Shown here piece after piece: positions 17,268-27,357 of a DNA stretch of 43,009 bases. Both the position numbers and the translations under genes were made by a program. This DNA comes from Pseudomonadota bacterium. GTDB lineage: Bacteria; Desulfobacterota; Desulfobacteria; Desulfobacterales; JBDRRP01. The notes beneath the pieces are model-generated. The model was not told the origin of the DNA, made no database searches, and was given only the letters and a program-made list of their open reading frames with translations. How positions within the stretch are numbered: the stretch's first letter is position 1; each line of letters begins with the position of its first letter. Location of the stretch: contig JBDRRP010000048.1 of the NCBI GenBank assembly GCA_043825735.1, positions 1 to 43,009 on the forward strand. Reading direction: 5' to 3'.

Positions 17268-20012
17268 ATGAGCGTCTTGGGCTGGTTGAGTCTTGTGCTC
17301 TTCGGAGCCGCCGCCCACCGGGCGGCGCGGCGCCTTGCCTTGAGGCGCTGGGCCGATTTCTGGATCGCCTGGCTGGTGATCCTCACCGGAGCCATCGTCG
17401 CCACCGGCCAAGTTCTCAGCTTGCTTGAGCGCCTCTCGAGCGCTGCCTTCTGGCTGACCGCCGCCGGTATCTGCGCCGCCATTGCATGGCGGCTGCCCCG
17501 GCCGAGCCAGGCGCCGCCGGCGCTGCGCCGTGAAGTTGCCGCAATAAAAAGAGATCTGGCCGAGACCGCCCCTTTTACCCGGGCCGTATTCAGAGTCCTG
17601 GCTGCGGCGGTTCTGGTCGCCGCAGCGCTGAATCTCGTGTCACTTTTCACCTGCCGGCCCACCAACTGGGACTCCATCGCTTCGCACCTGACCCGGGCCG
17701 CCTATTTTCTCCAGTTCGACAGCCTGAAAGCCTTCGATGCCAATTACTGGGCCCACGACGCCCACGCCCACAACGCGGCCATTTTGTGGGTGTTCGTGCT
17801 GGGCATCCTCCAGTCCGAAATTCTGGTTCAAGCCATTCAATTCGTATTCTACCTGGGCGGCGGACTGGTGGTCTACGGCCTGGGGCGGGAGCTGCTCCGT
17901 GCCCCGGCTCCGGCAGCCATGGGGGCCTTTATATTTCTGCTGCTGGTGGAAAACCTGTTGGAGGCCATCAGCGTCCAGAATGATCTGGTGCTTCATTTTT
18001 ACTCCGGGGCGGCCGTGTATTTCCTGCTGCAGTTTGCGCGGCAGCCAGGACTTATCTACGGTTGGCTTTCGGTAGCCTGCATGTTCCTGACGGCAGGGGT
18101 CAAGGGGACCGTCATCATGCACTTGCCGGTGTGGACCGTTGTCGGCGGATTCGCGATCCTCGCCGCGGCGATCCCAAAACGCGGCCGCCCCGCCCCACGG
18201 CCTGGCCGCGGGGCGGCACACGCCGCAGCGATTGCGGCGGCGGTGCTCATGGCGTTTTTTCTTGGTGATGGAATGGGGTACCTGGCCAATGTGCGTGCTT
18301 ACGGCCACCCGATCGCCCCGGTGGCCGCCCGCGACAGGTCCTTTGAAAATACCCCCACCCGCGAGATGATGACGGCCGGTGCCAAGAATCTTTTTCGCTA
18401 TGGGTTCGATTTCTTCTCCCTGGACGGCCTGAACCGCCTGCCCGGAGTTCGCGCGGCGGAAGTGGCGGCGAAGCGCTGGGGCGTTGACGTATTAAGGCGC
18501 GCGGGCGTGAACCTGGAAGGCGGCCGGATGCACGTTCCCTTTTCCGCAGCGCCGCCCGCCACCGACGAAGACTTCTCCTGGTGGGGCATCATGGGTTTTT
18601 TGCTGATCCCTGCGGGGGTGGCGTGCTATCTGTCCGGCAGGCGCGGGGCTTTCGGATGGGCGCTGTTTACAGCCGGCGCCGCCTATATCTTCGCCCAGGC
18701 GTTTGTCGGGCCTTACGGACCGTGGCGGGGGCGCTATTTCCTGTTTCTGGCCCTGCTGTGGGCGCCCTTTGCCGGCAGTCTTTTCATGCTTCCGGTGAGC
18801 GCCGCCGGCAGCCGCCTACGGCCGGCTGCCGGGAACGCTTTTCTTTCAGCCGTGGTCGCGCTGGGGGTGGTGTCGGCGATCATGGCCGCGGGCTGGCGGG
18901 ATGTGCGGCCTATCACGCTGGGGTTTGCCGCAGACCGGTTGGGTCAGATGACCGCACGCTTCAAAGACCCGCAGGCCGCCGATCTTTTCCGGCGCTTTAA
19001 TGCGGCGGTGCCGCCGGAGGCCTCCGTCGTGGTATGCCTGCCGCAGGATTTCTACGAGTATCTGCTTTTCGGGGAGGAGCTGAGCCGCAAGCTGACACCG
19101 ATCCGGCACATGGCCGCGTTTGAAAAAAGCCACGGTGCGCCGGGCTACCTTTTCTATCGCAAGGAGGCCAGTACGCCGCTTCACCTGTGCCCGCCGCGGA
19201 CGGAAGACTTCCCTCTGGGCGACAACTATTTTCTTCGCCGGCTCGGCACGTCCGATCCCGGAGTGCTTCGGCAGGCGGCGTCCGGCGCAGCCGCAGTGAC
19301 CGATGTGGAGAACCACTTCGGTATGCGATTTAGACAGATACCGGCGGGCGACTTCGAGATGGGCAGCCCGCCGAATGAACCGGGCCGGACAGCGGAGGAG
19401 ACGCGCCATCGCGTCACGCTGCCGCGCCCCTTTTTCATCCAGACCCGCGAGGTCACCCGGCGCCAGTGGGCGACGTTGATGGGCGGCGATCCGGGGTTTC
19501 CGAAAGACTGCCCCGATTGCCCCGTCAACCAAGTTTCCTGGGAAGACATCCAGTCGTTTATCCGGCGGTTGAACGAATCGGGCATCGGCAGCTACCGGTT
19601 GCCCACCGAGGCCGAATGGGAAGTCGCTGCCCGGGCCGGCACCGAAACGGCTTTTGCCGGCGGTCCCATTGATTCTCCGGTGGGCGCGGATGCCGTGCTT
19701 GAAAGAGCCGGGTGGTATGTCGGCAACGCCGCAGGCCGCCCGTGGCCCGTGGGATCCTTGGCCCCCAATGCCTGGGGGCTTTATGACATGCACGGCAATG
19801 TCTGGGAGTGGTGCGCCGACGGCTACGGCCCTTACTCGCCGGGGCCGGCCGTGGATCCCCGGGGAGACCCGGCGGCCGGGATCAAGGTGGTGCGCGGCGG
19901 CAGCTATGACAATCAGCCCTTTCAATGCCGCTCGGCCATGCGTAACGGCTTTCCGGCGGACCACCGGGCCTGGAATCTGGGCTTTCGCCTGGTCTATGTG
20001 CCGGGCGCCTGA
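17268..20012 (+). CDS. Polytopic membrane protein (GT-C/PMT-like) fused to a C-terminal FGE-sulfatase (SUMF1)-fold domain
   Basis: Many TM helices with NWDS..SHL.R and QNDL motifs; C-terminal FEMGSP, RLPTEAEWE, NAWGLYDMHGNVWEWC, RGGSY, NLGFRL. Confidence 0.8.
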   Translation: MSVLGWLSLVLFGAAAHRAARRLALRRWADFWIAWLVILTGAIVATGQVLSLLERLSSAAFWLTAAGICAAIAWRLPRPSQAPPALRREVAAIKRDLAETAPFTRAVFRVLAAAVLVAAALNLVSLFTCRPTNWDSIASHLTRAAYFLQFDSLKAFDANYWAHDAHAHNAAILWVFVLGILQSEILVQAIQFVFYLGGGLVVYGLGRELLRAPAPAAMGAFIFLLLVENLLEAISVQNDLVLHFYSGAAVYFLLQFARQPGLIYGWLSVACMFLTAGVKGTVIMHLPVWTVVGGFAILAAAIPKRGRPAPRPGRGAAHAAAIAAAVLMAFFLGDGMGYLANVRAYGHPIAPVAARDRSFENTPTREMMTAGAKNLFRYGFDFFSLDGLNRLPGVRAAEVAAKRWGVDVLRRAGVNLEGGRMHVPFSAAPPATDEDFSWWGIMGFLLIPAGVACYLSGRRGAFGWALFTAGAAYIFAQAFVGPYGPWRGRYFLFLALLWAPFAGSLFMLPVSAAGSRLRPAAGNAFLSAVVALGVVSAIMAAGWRDVRPITLGFAADRLGQMTARFKDPQAADLFRRFNAAVPPEASVVVCLPQDFYEYLLFGEELSRKLTPIRHMAAFEKSHGAPGYLFYRKEASTPLHLCPPRTEDFPLGDNYFLRRLGTSDPGVLRQAASGAAAVTDVENHFGMRFRQIPAGDFEMGSPPNEPGRTAEETRHRVTLPRPFFIQTREVTRRQWATLMGGDPGFPKDCPDCPVNQVSWEDIQSFIRRLNESGIGSYRLPTEAEWEVAARAGTETAFAGGPIDSPVGADAVLERAGWYVGNAAGRPWPVGSLAPNAWGLYDMHGNVWEWCADGYGPYSPGPAVDPRGDPAAGIKVVRGGSYDNQPFQCRSAMRNGFPADHRAWNLGFRLVYVPGA

Positions 20013-20103
20013 GGCGCCCTTTACGACCGGCCGGATTCATGATTTGTGGCGGCGGGGCGGCTGGAAAAATTTTTTGACGCCGTCAAACCTATAAAAAAAA
20101 CTT

Positions 20104-20130
20104 TCTCGCAAAGACGCCAAGCACGCAAAG
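20104..20130. repeat. Solo arm of 9-nt-period element (CGCAAAG type)
   Basis: TCTCGCAAAGACGCCAAGCACGCAAAG. Confidence 0.75.
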
Positions 20131-20206
20131 AAATATATCTTTAATAGCTATATGTTAGAGTAATTGCCAGAATAATGTTCCGTTTGATCTCTGAGATCCT
20201 CTCGAG

Positions 20207-20264
20207 GTCGGGATCGATATCGGGATCGAAATCGATGTGTTCCAAGGCCGATACCGATACCGAT
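20207..20264. repeat. 6-nt-period inverted repeat element
   Basis: GTCGGG ATCGAT ATCGGG ATCGAA ATCGAT...CCGATA CCGATA CCGAT. Confidence 0.65.
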
Positions 20265-20382
20265 GCTCACACGGCGTTGTTGTGGAAACGGAACGTATTT
20301 ATGTCAACAGCTCAAACTTTGCGAGAAGATGGCTCATTTACGCGTTTGCATACGTGGATCTCTTAGAAGAGGATTCTTACAA

Positions 20383-21354
20383 ATGTTTGAAAAGGTTCAA
20401 TCCGCCAGGGAAGTGCTAAAGGGTCACGCCAATGTCACACCCGTCATGACTTCCGAAACGCTTGACCGCTTGCTTGGCGCCAAGGTGTCTCTCAAGTGCG
20501 AAAATTTCCAGAAAATCGGTGCATTCAAATTTCGGGGGGCATTCAACGCCATCTCGCGGCTGACCGAGGCGGAAAAGGCGCGCGGCGTCATCACCTATTC
20601 ATCGGGAAATCATGCTCAGGCCGTGGCGCTGGTCGGAAAGATGCTCAACGTGCGCACCACGGTCGTCATGCCCGACAATGCTCCCACAATCAAACGGATC
20701 GCGACGGCAGGCTATGGTGCGACGGTCATCCAATACGATCCCGAAAAGGACAACCGTGAAGACATTGCCAGGGATCTGGAAGCGGCCGGAGGCCTGACCC
20801 TGATCCCCCCATTTGATCACGAAGATGTCATCGCGGGGCAGGGTACGGCGGCTCTGGAGATGTTCGAGCAAATCGGTCCGATGGATATGCTCCTGGTGCC
20901 ATGCGGCGGTGGCGGGCTGCTGAGCGGTTCGGCGATCGCCGCCAAAGCGATGGCGCCCGGCTGCCGGACCATCGGTATCGAGCCGGAACTCGGCGACGAT
21001 GCGACCCGCTCGTTTCACACCAAAACGCTTCATCGCGTGAAGAATCCGCCAACGATCGCCGACGGCACGCGCACCGCGTCGCTGGGCAGCATCACCTTTC
21101 CGTTGGTGCTCAAGTATGTGGATGATATGAAGACGGTTTCGGAAGAAGCGATCATAGAGGCAGTCCGGTTTCTGTTCTACCGGATGAAGCTGGTGGTGGA
21201 GCCCTCCGGCGCCCTCGGGCTGGCGGCCTTGCTCAGTGGCGCCGTCATGCCGGGAGCCCGCGTCGGCGTCATTTTGAGCGGCGGCAACATCGATGCCGCG
21301 ACGATGGACACCATCCTGCGGCGGCGCGCTCCGGAGAAACCTCTTGAGAGTTAA
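20383..21354 (+). CDS. PLP serine/threonine dehydratase family (threo-3-hydroxyaspartate ammonia-lyase/serine racemase-like)
   Basis: KCENFQKIGAFKFRGA, SSGNHAQA, PCGGGGL, VEPSGA, SGGNID; no ACT domain. Confidence 0.9.
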   Translation: MFEKVQSAREVLKGHANVTPVMTSETLDRLLGAKVSLKCENFQKIGAFKFRGAFNAISRLTEAEKARGVITYSSGNHAQAVALVGKMLNVRTTVVMPDNAPTIKRIATAGYGATVIQYDPEKDNREDIARDLEAAGGLTLIPPFDHEDVIAGQGTAALEMFEQIGPMDMLLVPCGGGGLLSGSAIAAKAMAPGCRTIGIEPELGDDATRSFHTKTLHRVKNPPTIADGTRTASLGSITFPLVLKYVDDMKTVSEEAIIEAVRFLFYRMKLVVEPSGALGLAALLSGAVMPGARVGVILSGGNIDAATMDTILRRRAPEKPLES

Positions 21355-21370
21355 ATCGCGATGGCCATTT

Positions 21371-23755
21371 TTATTCCCCCAGGGTCGTTCGCCGGATAAT
21401 CTCCTCCTGCATATCGGGTGTGAGATCGGCGAAGTAGGCCGAATAGCCCGACACCCGCACCAGCAGGTTGGGATGGGCGGCCGGGTTGTCCCGTGCTTCC
21501 CTCAGGGTGGCCGCGTCAAGGACGTTGACCTGGGCCTGCATGCCGCCACGGGCGAAGTACGTTTTCAGCAGCCCGGTGAGGGCTGCCGGGCCGGCTGCGC
21601 CCCGCAGGGCGTGGGGGTCGAGTTTGAGGTTGAAATTGACGCCGTTGGCGGCCCGCCGGGCGTCGATGCGGTTGACCGAGTTGATGAGCGCCGTGGGACC
21701 GCTGCGGTCCATGCCGTTGCCCGGCGCGATGCCCGAGGCAAAGGGGGCGCCCTTTTTCCGGCCGTGGGGCAGGGCCCCCGTGACACGGCCGAAGTGCTGG
21801 TGGGCCGTGACCGAATAAAGACCCATGGTGTAGCGGCCGCCGCGGGTGCTGCGATAGGGGGCCAGCGTCCGGGCGAAGGCCGCCGTTACCGCCTGGGTCC
21901 ACCGGTCGGCCGCCGGCACGTCGTTTCCGAACTTATCCATCCGGCGCAGGGCGGCCAGTGGCTCCGGGTCGGGAAAATCGGCGGCGAGCGTGGCGGCCAG
22001 CACCGGCAGCGTCATCCGCTGATCGATAAATACCGCGCGCTCGATGGCGTAGAGGGCGTCGCCGGTATCGGCCGGCCCAACGCACTGGATTCCGGAAAAA
22101 TTGTAGCGGGCGCCGCCGGCGGTGGAACATTTGCCGGACGTGAGGCACCCGTCCAGCAGGAGACTGGTGAGGGGCGTGGGATGATAGCGCCGGTTGGCCT
22201 GCTCGATGGCCTGCAGATCTTCCATGAGACGGTGGAGTTGAAATTGGAGCTGAGTTTCAAAGGCGATGAAGACAGCGGCCATGGTGCCCATGGTCGACAC
22301 CGGCGGAGTTTTCGCGCCGCAGCGGCGCCGTGCGCCGAAGCGGCGGCCTTCGTTCAACGCCAGCTCAAGACAGATGGGAACGTTCACCAGGGCGGCGTCG
22401 GTGGATGAAAAGCTCTTGCCCTGGCAGACCGGCTCCACGCACCCCACCGCCGTGTAGTTGCGGGCGTCTTCGAGCGCGTAGCCGTTGGCCGCCAGGGTGC
22501 CGACGATGACGTCGTCGTTGTACAGTGCCGGGGAATTGCTGCCGGCGGCGAGCATGCCGGCGATGCGCGCAACATAGGCCGGCGGCGCATCGGCGTGGAT
22601 GCGGGCATGGTAGTTGGGCTGGCGCATCCGCAGCGCGTCCATCACGTCCAGGAAAAGCCGGCTCACGTCGTTGACGCCGTCATCGCCATCGGGCGTCAGC
22701 CCCCCCACGGTCACCACTTGGCCGTTGAACATGCCCCCGTGAAAGCGGGTGAGCCGGCGTGAGAAGACCGGCACGATCTCGCACATCTTGATGGAAAAAG
22801 CGGCCACCAGTTCGCGGGCCCGGTCCGGTGTCAGGATGCCGGCCGCCAGGTCCCTTTCGTAGAAGGGCAAAAGGTACTGGTCCATGCGCCCGGGGCACAC
22901 CGAATTGTCGAGGCTCTCCAGATTGATGGCGATCTGGGCGAAGAAGAGCGCCTGAAGCGCCTCGTGGAAACCGCCGGCAGGGCGCCGGGGCACGCGCGCA
23001 CAGACGCGGGCGATGTCCAGAAGATCGGCTCTCCGGCCCTCGTCGGTTTCTTCTTCGGCCATCCGGCGGGCCAGGCGCCCGTAGCGGGCGCCGAACCGGG
23101 CCAGCGACTCGGCGGCGTGGTCAGCCGCTTCGTAGAAGATTTTCCGGGCCGGCGTACAGCCGTTGCGGCGGCGCAGGGCATCGATCTCTTTCCGGATGCC
23201 GTCGGTTCCCACGCGCAGCAGTTTCTCGTAATCGGGTGCCAGATGGGAGATGCCCCCGGATTCGTTGACCAGGTAGAAGGTGCCTTCGAGCTGGTGGCGG
23301 ATAAAGCGCAAGCGCTTTCGGGGGGAAGAAAAACTGCGGTAGGCGAGAAACCGCCGCGCCCAGAAGGGGACGATTTTCAACAGCGCCAACTGCTCCCGGC
23401 CGGAGATGGTCAGCGGGTTGGTGGTCCGCGTGGGGAAAGCGAAGAGATCTTCCATCATGGGAAGGCCGTGCAGTTCGGGGTAGATGGACCCGCCCACCCG
23501 TTTGGAGGAGAAATTGCCGACGATCAGCTCGTCGGGATAGATGGTGATGCGTTTTTTTAGGAGCACGTCCCCCAGCGCTTCGGCCATCTGAATGGCGGAC
23601 GGTTTTTTCCGGTTTTCGGCCGAGCGGTGGTATTGCGTCCAGATCAGCGCCCGTTCGGCGCACACGCCGGGAGACGCCGACTGGACGGCGTTTTTAAGAC
23701 GGGCAACGCGCGGGCCGAGCCCGTTGGCGGTGGGGTCAATCACTGACAGTGGCAT
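21371..23755 (-). CDS. Glycyl radical enzyme, dehydratase/eliminase class, unknown substrate
   Basis: Gly loop RVSGYSAYF, Cys loop AVGCVEP, ELIVGN, GRMDQYL; 794 aa. Confidence 0.93.
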   Translation of the reverse strand: MPLSVIDPTANGLGPRVARLKNAVQSASPGVCAERALIWTQYHRSAENRKKPSAIQMAEALGDVLLKKRITIYPDELIVGNFSSKRVGGSIYPELHGLPMMEDLFAFPTRTTNPLTISGREQLALLKIVPFWARRFLAYRSFSSPRKRLRFIRHQLEGTFYLVNESGGISHLAPDYEKLLRVGTDGIRKEIDALRRRNGCTPARKIFYEAADHAAESLARFGARYGRLARRMAEEETDEGRRADLLDIARVCARVPRRPAGGFHEALQALFFAQIAINLESLDNSVCPGRMDQYLLPFYERDLAAGILTPDRARELVAAFSIKMCEIVPVFSRRLTRFHGGMFNGQVVTVGGLTPDGDDGVNDVSRLFLDVMDALRMRQPNYHARIHADAPPAYVARIAGMLAAGSNSPALYNDDVIVGTLAANGYALEDARNYTAVGCVEPVCQGKSFSSTDAALVNVPICLELALNEGRRFGARRRCGAKTPPVSTMGTMAAVFIAFETQLQFQLHRLMEDLQAIEQANRRYHPTPLTSLLLDGCLTSGKCSTAGGARYNFSGIQCVGPADTGDALYAIERAVFIDQRMTLPVLAATLAADFPDPEPLAALRRMDKFGNDVPAADRWTQAVTAAFARTLAPYRSTRGGRYTMGLYSVTAHQHFGRVTGALPHGRKKGAPFASGIAPGNGMDRSGPTALINSVNRIDARRAANGVNFNLKLDPHALRGAAGPAALTGLLKTYFARGGMQAQVNVLDAATLREARDNPAAHPNLLVRVSGYSAYFADLTPDMQEEIIRRTTLGE

Positions 23756-24650
23756 GTATCCCCGCTTTTTCGAAGGCGGCGCACAGCGCCGACAAGGCCG
23801 CCTGGCCGGGCGATTCCAGGTGCAGGGGGCGTTGCCGGGTGTTGAGCCGCGGCAGTTTGGCTTCTCCCAGGCGGTGGTAGGGGAGAAGAATAATGCGCTC
23901 GTGGCCGCAACGCTTCAGCAGTGCCGCCGTGGCCCGGATGTTCGCCGCCGCATCGTTCATTCCGGGGATCACCGGCATGCGGGCCGTAAGGGCGATCGCC
24001 GTTTCGGACAGCCGCGCGAAGGTGGTCAGGATGGCGCTGTTGCCGCCGCCTGTAATGCGGCGGTGTATAGCGTCGTCCATGTGTTTGAGATCGCAGTAGA
24101 CGAGATCCAGGTGCTCCAGCAGCGGCGTGATGTGCTCCCATTGGAACAGGCCGCTGGTCTCCAGAGTGACATGGATGCCTTCGGCTTTGAGCTGCGGCAG
24201 CAGACGGGAGAGAAACGGCCACTGCTGCATGGGTTCTCCTCCCGACAGGGTTACCCCGCCGCCGGTGTGCGTGAAAAAATCGCGGTCTTTGAGCAGCTCG
24301 GTTGCCAGGTCGCCGGCGGTCCAGGCGCGGCCGATGTGACGGATGGCGTCTTCCGGGCAGACCGCCGCGCACAGGCCGCAGGCGGTGCACACGGCCTCGT
24401 CGATGCGCCGGTGTGGGTCTTTTACAATAGCCGCTTCCGGGCAGACCGCCGCGCACTGGAAACATCCCTGGCAGCGGTCGGCGTAAAAGGCCATTTCCGG
24501 TTCGGCTGACAGGGCCTCCGGGTTCTGGCACCAGGCGCAGCGCAGGGGGCATCCCTTGAAAAAGACCGTGGTGCGGATGCCCGGCCCGTCGTGCAGCGAG
24601 AAGCGCTGGATATCGAAGACGATGCCGGTAACCTGATCGCCTTTTGTCAT
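23736..24650 (-). CDS. GRE-activating radical SAM enzyme with ferredoxin insert
   Basis: HDGPGIRTTVFFKGCPLRCAWCQNPE, two CxxCxxCxxxCP motifs, GVTLSGGEP; ATGA overlap with the TRAP gene. Confidence 0.93.
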   Translation of the reverse strand: MTKGDQVTGIVFDIQRFSLHDGPGIRTTVFFKGCPLRCAWCQNPEALSAEPEMAFYADRCQGCFQCAAVCPEAAIVKDPHRRIDEAVCTACGLCAAVCPEDAIRHIGRAWTAGDLATELLKDRDFFTHTGGGVTLSGGEPMQQWPFLSRLLPQLKAEGIHVTLETSGLFQWEHITPLLEHLDLVYCDLKHMDDAIHRRITGGGNSAILTTFARLSETAIALTARMPVIPGMNDAAANIRATAALLKRCGHERIILLPYHRLGEAKLPRLNTRQRPLHLESPGQAALSALCAAFEKAGIHATVSD

Positions 24651-26638
24651 GGCGACGGGAGCTGTGGCGTTGGTTTTTTTCTCAGCTGCAGGACCACTGC
24701 CGCCGCCAGTGCGGCCAGTCCAACCAGATCCACCCACCCTTCCGGCCACAGCAGCCCGGCGGCGGCGATGACAAGAAGGAGCGTCTCCGGCCAGGTGGCT
24801 TTCCGGATGAGGTAGCGTTCGATGGCGGCGGCGAAGGCCACCAGTCCCAGCATCGTGGTGACCATGGTCACCACGACTTCCCAGTGCATGAGGGAGTAGT
24901 CCGGTCCCATTCCGAGCAGGGGGCGATAGGCCATGACCAGCGGGATTATGTACAGCCCCTTGGCCAGCTTCCATGAGGTGAAGGCCGTTCGCATGGGGTT
25001 GGCGCCGGCTACGCCGGCGCCGGCGAAGCTGGCAAGGCTCACCGGCGGGGTCACGTTGGCATCCTGGGAGTACCAGAAAACGATCATGTGGGAGACCAGC
25101 AGCGGTACGCCCATGTCCAGAAGCGCCGGGCCGGCCAGGGTCGCCAGGACGATGTAGCTGGCGGTCACCGGAAGCCCCATGCCAAGTACCAGAGAGGCGA
25201 GGCCGATGAGCAAGATGGCCAGAGCCTTGATGCCGAAGCTCAGCTCCAAAACCAGACTGGAGAATTTAAGTCCCATGCCCGTGAGCGTCACCATGCCGAC
25301 GATGATCCCAGCGGCCGCGCAGGCCACCGACACCATGATCGCCGCGCGCGCTCCCTTGTTCAGGGCGCCGGTCGTGGACGCGACCTCAGACCAGACGAAC
25401 CGGCCCGGGGATGTTTTCGACAGCGCACTGCCGTCTTTGCTTCTTCTGGAGACCCCCCAGCGCCAGGCATTGGCGGTGATGCTCGCAGCCACAGTGCTGA
25501 TGACCGTTACAAAACCGGCCATCATGGGGGAGTAATTGGCCAGCAATACATAGATGAGGATGGCCAGGGGGACGATGAAGTGCAGGCCGCTGCGGACCAC
25601 TACCCAGAATTTTGGCAGACTCTCCTTGGGTTGCCCCAAGAGCCCCTCCTTGCGGGCTTCGAAGTGCACGAAACACAGGACCGTCACGTAGTACATGATG
25701 GCCGGCACCAGGGCCACCTTGATGATGGTGAGGTAACTGGTATTGGTGAACTCTGCCATGAGAAAGGCCCCGGCGCCCATGATGGGGGGCATGAGCTGCC
25801 CGCCGGTGCTGGCGGCCGCTTCGATCGCGCCGGCCACGTGGGGCCGGTAGCCCACCTTTTTCATCATGGGGATGGTGAAGCTGCCCGTGGCCACCACATT
25901 GCCCACTGCCGAGCCGGAAACCGATCCCATGAACCCCGAGGCCACCACCGCTGTCTTGGCCGGCCCGCCCGAGAACCGGCCGGTCAGGGCGTACGCCAGG
26001 TCGATGAAGAACTGCCCGCCGCCGGTCGATTCCAGGATGGCGCCGAAAAGAACGAAAACGTAGACGAAGGTGGCAGCCACCCCGATGGGCAGCCCGAAGA
26101 TGCCCTCGGTGGTGAGCCACAGGGTAGTGACGATGCGCTCGACGCTGTAGCCCTTGTGGATGATGAGCTCGGGCATGTAGGGGCCGTAGAGCGCATAAAG
26201 GACGGCCGTTATGCAAATGCCGGTCATGATGCCGCCGATGACTCGGCGGCAGGCTTCGAGCACCAGTACGGTCCCCACGATGCTCACCCACAGATCCGCC
26301 GGGAGCCAGTCGCCCTGGCGCTCGAAAATGGCGGTCAGGTTGATACAGATGTAAACCGTGCAGGCGACCGATGCGGCCGCCAGGAGCCAGTCGATGACGA
26401 ACCACGGCGTGACGCGGTCTTTTTTGGCCCGCCGGAAGGCCGGTTTGAGCAGAAACGTCAGGGTGAGAATTGCCCCCAGGTGGATGGAGCGCTGGACCAG
26501 CGCCGTCATGGTGGTGATGCCGGCAGTGTAGAGCTGAAAGAGGCTCAGGGTGACCGCCACAACTGAAACAAAGGCGGCGGTGGCTGTGACCAGCGGCGAT
26601 GTGCGGTGTTCCTTAGAAGGCTGATGCGGTTCGGTCAT
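24647..26638 (-). CDS. TRAP transporter 4TM/12TM fused permease
   Basis: GGPAKTAV, EAAASTGGQLMPPIMGAGAF, GMGLPVTASY, VTPPV. Confidence 0.93.
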   Translation of the reverse strand: MTEPHQPSKEHRTSPLVTATAAFVSVVAVTLSLFQLYTAGITTMTALVQRSIHLGAILTLTFLLKPAFRRAKKDRVTPWFVIDWLLAAASVACTVYICINLTAIFERQGDWLPADLWVSIVGTVLVLEACRRVIGGIMTGICITAVLYALYGPYMPELIIHKGYSVERIVTTLWLTTEGIFGLPIGVAATFVYVFVLFGAILESTGGGQFFIDLAYALTGRFSGGPAKTAVVASGFMGSVSGSAVGNVVATGSFTIPMMKKVGYRPHVAGAIEAAASTGGQLMPPIMGAGAFLMAEFTNTSYLTIIKVALVPAIMYYVTVLCFVHFEARKEGLLGQPKESLPKFWVVVRSGLHFIVPLAILIYVLLANYSPMMAGFVTVISTVAASITANAWRWGVSRRSKDGSALSKTSPGRFVWSEVASTTGALNKGARAAIMVSVACAAAGIIVGMVTLTGMGLKFSSLVLELSFGIKALAILLIGLASLVLGMGLPVTASYIVLATLAGPALLDMGVPLLVSHMIVFWYSQDANVTPPVSLASFAGAGVAGANPMRTAFTSWKLAKGLYIIPLVMAYRPLLGMGPDYSLMHWEVVVTMVTTMLGLVAFAAAIERYLIRKATWPETLLLVIAAAGLLWPEGWVDLVGLAALAAAVVLQLRKKPTPQLPSP

Positions 26639-26686
26639 TTCTGTTTAGCTCAATTCTCAATCTTGATAAAGCAGTAAAAAAGCAAT

Positions 26687-26772
26687 TCTCTCGCAAAGGC
26701 GCAAAGTACGCCAAGAAAAACATCATTAATATGATTACGTTTGCTTTGCGATCTTTGCGGCTTTGCGAGAGA
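26687..26772. repeat. 9-nt-period palindromic element (CGCAAAG type)
   Basis: TCTCTCGCAAAGGCGCAAAGTACGCCAAG...CTTTGCGATCTTTGCGGCTTTGCGAGAGA. Confidence 0.9.
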
Positions 26773-26801
26773 TTCCGATTTGGTTAAAGATACGGTCTTG
26801 C

Positions 26802-27353
26802 TCATTCAGGTAACATTTTTGCTGCGCTCGGATGGGGAAACACCCTCTGCCACAGCGCATAGAGCCGGCTCACCGGCCGGGCGGAGAACTGCACCGCCAC
26901 GTGGGGCGCTTCGGCGGACAGGTCGCGCTGCCGGCCACGCCAGATCAGCGTGTGATCCACTCCGGGGCTGCCGATGCGCAGGATGAAATCACCCACCGGC
27001 ATGTGCATGTCCGTAATGACCTCATAGGGGCCGCGCATTTCCATGCGGCCGACACCGGGCATTTTGCCCATACCGGCGCCGAACTTCAGGTAGCGCTCTT
27101 CTTCGATGTAAATGCGCCCATCTGCATCGACGCTGTGCGTCTCCCAAATGGGCGCATTTTCCACCGAGTGGTAGTAATGAACGGTAAACCGTTCCCCCGG
27201 CGCCAGCGGCAGCACCGCCAGGGGGGTGCCCCCCTTCACCGGCGTGACCCGAAATTCCAGGCCGCCGGGCAGGATCGCCAGCAGCGCGGCCGCCGCCAGA
27301 ATTCCGACGGCGACCACAACGGCAGCGAAGAGACCACGGTTTTTGATGATCAC
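26802..27353 (-). CDS. DUF1850-like protein
   Basis: F...YYHSVENAPIWE...FGAGM; usual position between TAXI and TRAP permease genes. Confidence 0.82.
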   Translation of the reverse strand: MIIKNRGLFAAVVVAVGILAAAALLAILPGGLEFRVTPVKGGTPLAVLPLAPGERFTVHYYHSVENAPIWETHSVDADGRIYIEEERYLKFGAGMGKMPGVGRMEMRGPYEVITDMHMPVGDFILRIGSPGVDHTLIWRGRQRDLSAEAPHVAVQFSARPVSRLYALWQRVFPHPSAAKMLPE

Positions 27354-27357
27354 CTCG

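Noticed and set aside
19300..20012. FGE/C-type-lectin domain as a diversity-generating retroelement target
   Set aside because: No template repeat or reverse transcriptase is visible in the window.
21371..23755. Annotation as pyruvate formate-lyase or choline TMA-lyase
   Set aside because: It lacks the adjacent Cys-Cys of PFL; GCVEP alone is not diagnostic for CutC, and CutC-type flanking motifs and microcompartment genes are absent.
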